41,232 bases of DNA from IMG/VR virus record IMGVR_UViG_3300025875_000058, positions 1-41,232 of that record. One strand, written 5' to 3'. The translations under genes and the position numbers were made by a program. Below the pieces are notes generated by a model. It saw only the letters and a list, made by a program, of their open reading frames with translations. It had not been told where the DNA came from and ran no database searches. The DNA is from a virus. Positions 37,807 through 41,232 of the stretch are shown here, one piece after another (position 1 is the first letter of the stretch; each line of letters opens with the position of its first letter).

Positions 37807-38490
37807 TCAGAACCCCTCGGTGTCCAAGACTGCGGCGTATCCGGTGGTCACTCGCTCCTTCCGAGACATCTTCTCAAGGTCCGGTGCGCCTGCTGCACGG
37901 GTCGCCCTTCCGCCAACACCCAGCGTGGCGTCCTGATTCTGGGCGATACGCGCCAGCTCAGCCTGCTGTGCAGCGGTGCGAGTGGTCTGCTTCGCCTTCA
38001 TGCCCTGCGCCCCAGCCACGTACACCAGTGCATCGATGCGGCTCGGGGGCTGATTGCCCACGCGCATCCCGCGCTGGAGCCACGCGGCATGGAGCTGCGC
38101 TGCCTCACGTGCGGTCTCGTTGTCGATGCCGTTCTTCTGCACCTCGTCCATGAAGTTGCGTTGATCCATCTGGTCCTGGAGCTGGAGCGTGGACTCCGCG
38201 TTCATGCGCTTGATGGCCTCCAGCTGCTTCTTCACCGCAGGGTCCAGGTACTCCTCCTCGTCCGGAGCCTCCTGCCGCTGCTGCGGCGCGAAGCGCTGCA
38301 TCAGCTCCTGCTGCTGCTGCTGCATCTGCTGAAGCGCCGCCTGCTGCTGCGCGATGATGGCCGCGTAGTCCGGCTGCGGAGGGGGAGGTGCTACCGGAGC
38401 TGCCTCAGCGGGAGGGGGAGGGGGTGCACCGCCGCCGCCTGCGTCGCCTTCGGGTGCTGCAAGAGGAACCCATCGTCCGTTGATCCACAT
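37807..38490 (-). CDS. Scaffolding protein
   Basis: 227 aa between portal and capsid. P-rich N-terminus, then a Q/E-rich helical region (AIIAQQQAALQQMQQQQQELMQRF). Confidence 0.65.
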   Translation of the reverse strand: MWINGRWVPLAAPEGDAGGGGAPPPPPAEAAPVAPPPPQPDYAAIIAQQQAALQQMQQQQQELMQRFAPQQRQEAPDEEEYLDPAVKKQLEAIKRMNAESTLQLQDQMDQRNFMDEVQKNGIDNETAREAAQLHAAWLQRGMRVGNQPPSRIDALVYVAGAQGMKAKQTTRTAAQQAELARIAQNQDATLGVGGRATRAAGAPDLEKMSRKERVTTGYAAVLDTEGF

Positions 38491-38493
38491 GGT

Positions 38494-38772
38494 CTACTTC
38501 CCTTTCTTGAGTGCGTTGAGCTGTGAAGTGAGAAGGTCACGATTACGCTGTGGCCAGGACTCCAGCTCGGTGAGCTGAGCGAAGGCGCCGGCTGATCGCG
38601 CAATCTCGTGGGGTTGGGTGCCAGCAGCGAGCATCCCGTTGAGGGCGAACTGCTTCTGGCCCTGCATGTACTTCAGCACGAGAGCCCAACCGGGAGACTT
38701 CACGAGGACATCGAGTGCCTCCCGGTACAGCTCTACGTGCTCTGCTGTCGGCGGTGTGTATCCCTGGTTCAT
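38494..38772 (-). CDS. Hypothetical protein between portal and scaffold
   Basis: 92-aa ORF with good coding bias. Confidence 0.6.
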   Translation of the reverse strand: MNQGYTPPTAEHVELYREALDVLVKSPGWALVLKYMQGQKQFALNGMLAAGTQPHEIARSAGAFAQLTELESWPQRNRDLLTSQLNALKKGK

Positions 38773-38799
38773 GTAGCCAGGGTCGTAGATACGCTACGC

Positions 38800-40803
38800 C
38801 TACGTCAAGTCTGGAGCGTTGTCCGCACCCTCGCCCGCTGCAATCATGTCAGCTGATTGCCTCGCTGCGATGAAGTCCGGGTTGTTCATCAGCTCCTCGG
38901 GGAGGTCCATCTCGGGACCTGCTCCCGTACCCGGCGCCATCTCGGGCGGCATACCCCCCTGCATCTCAGGCGGCATACCGGGGGGTTGACCGGGCATACC
39001 AGGGGGCTGCATGGCCTGCATGGGCATGAGTACCCGGTCAATGTCTCGGAAGCCGAAGCCCTCGGTGTAAAGCCGCGAGAGGATCGGCACAGGATTCACG
39101 TCCACCTGCTTCTGCTGGAGCATCTGCACTAGCTGCGGGTTCATGATGAGGCTGAGGAACTCCATCAGCTGGCCACTCTTCACCTGCTGGTTCGTGGTCT
39201 GGGTCGAGGCCAACCACTCGAAGTCCCAGTCACCCACCAAGTCACGGATGGTCTTCGTGACCTTCTGCACCCCGAGCAGGTTGAAGGGCAGAGTCGGGTC
39301 TCCGAACTGCTCCTCAAGGGACCAGAACATGCGGAGCATGGGCTGGAAGACTTCCTTCTCGGAAAGTCGGATGATCTCCTGCAACGGCACCGTGGCGTTC
39401 CTCTGAGCCGCGCCAATCCCCGTCGCCGTCTTGAATGCCCTACCCGGCGCACTTCCACCACTCAGCACGGCAGGCGAGTTGGAGTAGTCCTGAATCATGC
39501 TCGCCGTCTGCGCGGTGAGGATGCCTCCCACCTGGATGAGGTCTGCCGGAGGGCGGTCGAACTTCACCGCGTTGTTGATGTCATTCACCAGGAACTGCAC
39601 CCCAGGCTCCATCTCAGGCAGCGTGCCCAGGATACCGTTGGGGTTGGTCAACACGATGGGATTGAGCGCGTAGGTGGCGCAGTCCATCGCCTGATTGGTC
39701 TGGTCGTTGAGCAGCACCTGGAGCTGCTCGATGCCCTCAGCGATGCCGGTGCCGTACACCCGGCCCACCACGGTGCCCATGCGGCCCATCCGGTAGGGGG
39801 GCTGCTTGTGCCAGAAGGGGTTCTCGATGGCGCGCAGCACTTCCCCGCTGGACGTGACGGTGATGAAGAAGGGGACCGGGTTCTCCTCCTCCTCGCGGGA
39901 GTTGGCCTTCGGGTCGAAGTCGAGCCAGACCTCGGTGATGTCCACCGAGCTGAACCCCGTCACCTTGCCCTGCTCGTGCCCTGCGAGACCCTGCGCCTGG
40001 AGCTTGTTGTCGCTCGTGCGCCTGCGCCCGTGGCCGCTGTCTCCGAGGCCCTTACCGGCCGCCTCCACCGCGGACTGGTCGTAGACCCCCTGGCGGCTCC
40101 TGCGATGCAGCTCCCCGAGGGACACGGACAAGTCTTCGAAGACCACCTCGCAGTCCTCCATCCGGTTCACGTTCTCCGGCCAGACGAAGAAGTTGCCCAC
40201 GTCCACCGGGTCGAAGCGCTGTCCCTCGAAGAGCACCTCATCCTCGTTCACGGGCATGGCCAGCTCATCCACCTTGCGGCTGCGCTTGCGCGTGTTCAGC
40301 ACCTTCTTCTGGTAGTGCAGCTTCACGGGCGAGTTCCCCGTCGTGACCAGCTGCCGGTAGTAGACCTCCGCCGCGGTGCGGACTGAGGCTGAGTGATCGA
40401 TGCGGTAGCGGAGGATCTCCTTCACATCGTTGGCGAGTCCGGCGTTCTCCTGCTTCCGTGCCGAGATGCCGAAGTTGTCGTCCCCGGGGAACGTGCCCGC
40501 CACGAGGTTCGAGACCAGCGTCTCCAGCGCCTTCTTGCCGGCGGGGATGTAGAGGTTGCTCGTCCCCACGTACATCCTCACGGTGTGTTCAAGACTCCAG
40601 ACCTTGAAGAGCCGGTTCCACATGTCCGTAAGGGGCTGCCTCCGGGTGCGCACGTCGGTGAGCAGGGGGACCAGCTCGTTCTTGATGCGTTCGACCACGC
40701 GGGCGTCCACGGCCCAGTTCTTCGCGCGCTTGGAGTCTCGCTCGTAGGGAAGCGGGTCTTCTACAGGTGTGACGTTGATGTGCTGGATTGCTGTGGTTCC
40801 CAT
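38800..40803 (-). CDS. Portal protein
   Basis: 667 aa, immediately downstream of terL (start 2 nt after the terL stop). Size and position are typical. C-terminal P/G/M-rich tail. Confidence 0.8.
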   Translation of the reverse strand: MGTTAIQHINVTPVEDPLPYERDSKRAKNWAVDARVVERIKNELVPLLTDVRTRRQPLTDMWNRLFKVWSLEHTVRMYVGTSNLYIPAGKKALETLVSNLVAGTFPGDDNFGISARKQENAGLANDVKEILRYRIDHSASVRTAAEVYYRQLVTTGNSPVKLHYQKKVLNTRKRSRKVDELAMPVNEDEVLFEGQRFDPVDVGNFFVWPENVNRMEDCEVVFEDLSVSLGELHRRSRQGVYDQSAVEAAGKGLGDSGHGRRRTSDNKLQAQGLAGHEQGKVTGFSSVDITEVWLDFDPKANSREEEENPVPFFITVTSSGEVLRAIENPFWHKQPPYRMGRMGTVVGRVYGTGIAEGIEQLQVLLNDQTNQAMDCATYALNPIVLTNPNGILGTLPEMEPGVQFLVNDINNAVKFDRPPADLIQVGGILTAQTASMIQDYSNSPAVLSGGSAPGRAFKTATGIGAAQRNATVPLQEIIRLSEKEVFQPMLRMFWSLEEQFGDPTLPFNLLGVQKVTKTIRDLVGDWDFEWLASTQTTNQQVKSGQLMEFLSLIMNPQLVQMLQQKQVDVNPVPILSRLYTEGFGFRDIDRVLMPMQAMQPPGMPGQPPGMPPEMQGGMPPEMAPGTGAGPEMDLPEELMNNPDFIAARQSADMIAAGEGADNAPDLT

Positions 40804-40805
40804 GT

Positions 40806-41232
40806 CTAGCTCCCGGTTGAGTTGATCTTACGGAGAGTCTTGCGGTGCGCGCTCAAGTTCAGCCCGCTCCCCTTCTCCAGGTTCACGGCAATGTAGCGGA
40901 AGGCATCCATCGGGTGCTCGTAGTAGCCATCAGCCACGGGCGTGCCCTTCATCTTCTGGCCCGGTCGAGGCATGGGCCATGTGTAGCCTCCACCCAGTCC
41001 CTCGATGAGGAGTGCCGCATTCACCCGGTCGAACATGAACTGAGGGTTCCCGTCGATGAGCTTGCAGAGTCCGGCACTCATGGCCTCCAGACCGTTCTCG
41101 ATGCCCACGTCCACGTACTTGGGCTGGATGCCGTGCTTGCGCAGGATGTCGATGGAGGTCTCGTCTGACGTGTCCCGGCGCTGCGTGCCGTGTGGATCGC
41201 AGAAGTCGGTCCATTCCTGAATCTCCGGGAAC
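40806..41232 (-). CDS. terL: Terminase large subunit, C-terminal/nuclease part (3' end of the gene whose 5' part is 1191..1)
   Basis: In frame with the 1..1191 piece through the 127-bp overlap. Sequence reads ...GIENGLEAMSAGLCKLIDGNPQFMFDRVNAALLIEGLGGGYTW...YYEHPMDAFRYIAVNL. Stop TAG at 40806-40808, directly followed by the portal gene start. Confidence 0.9.
   Translation of the reverse strand, partial: FPEIQEWTDFCDPHGTQRRDTSDETSIDILRKHGIQPKYVDVGIENGLEAMSAGLCKLIDGNPQFMFDRVNAALLIEGLGGGYTWPMPRPGQKMKGTPVADGYYEHPMDAFRYIAVNLEKGSGLNLSAHRKTLRKINSTGS
41106..41232. repeat. Terminal overlap copy 2 (identical to 1..127)
   Basis: Same 127 bases as 1-127. The unique genome length is therefore 41105 bp. 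Confidence 0.95.

Overview
The window is a complete, circularly assembled dsDNA tailed-phage genome. Bases 1-127 are identical to 41106-41232, so the unique length is 41105 bp. It is GC-rich, with a strong G/C preference at codon third positions that I used to separate real frames from shadow ORFs.

Two divergent transcription arms leave a 1.5-kb ORF-free control region at 7111-8614.

- **Rightward (+) arm, 8615-25008:** about ten tiny early genes, a DUF932-like protein, an HNH endonuclease, a RepA/AAA_25-like ATPase, an SNF2 helicase, a Cas4-like PD-(D/E)XK nuclease, a Sak4-like ATPase, a DUF669/SSB-like protein, micro-ORFs, a truncated family-4-like UDG, a family-A DNA polymerase, a histone-H1-like basic zinc-ribbon protein, a secreted protein, and a holin-like/M15 endolysin cassette.
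- **Leftward (-) arm, 7110 down to 1, continuing 41232 down to 25236:** a small operon with a Cro/YdaS-like HTH, a tail fibre with a polysaccharide-lyase-like domain, TerS, TerL (split by the window ends and absent from the ORF track), portal, scaffold, major capsid protein, T7 gp11/gp12-like tail tubular proteins, internal virion proteins including a 1475-aa giant, and membrane (holin/spanin-like) proteins.

The arms converge at 25009-25235 on GC-rich hairpins. I recognised no RNA polymerase, primase, integrase, tRNA or CRISPR array. All family calls come from motif recognition by eye, not from database searches.

The most interesting items are:
- the repeat- and promoter-dense 1.5-kb control region with an operator-like TGATCTAG motif;
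- a frame switch at the end of TerS;
- a rare-codon patch with a perfect palindrome inside polA that resembles an intergenic element;
- an H1-like K/A/P-rich protein;
- a UDG-like protein with a hybrid motif A and no motif B;
- Shine-Dalgarno (SD)-sequestering hairpins in front of the tail fibre and secreted-protein genes.
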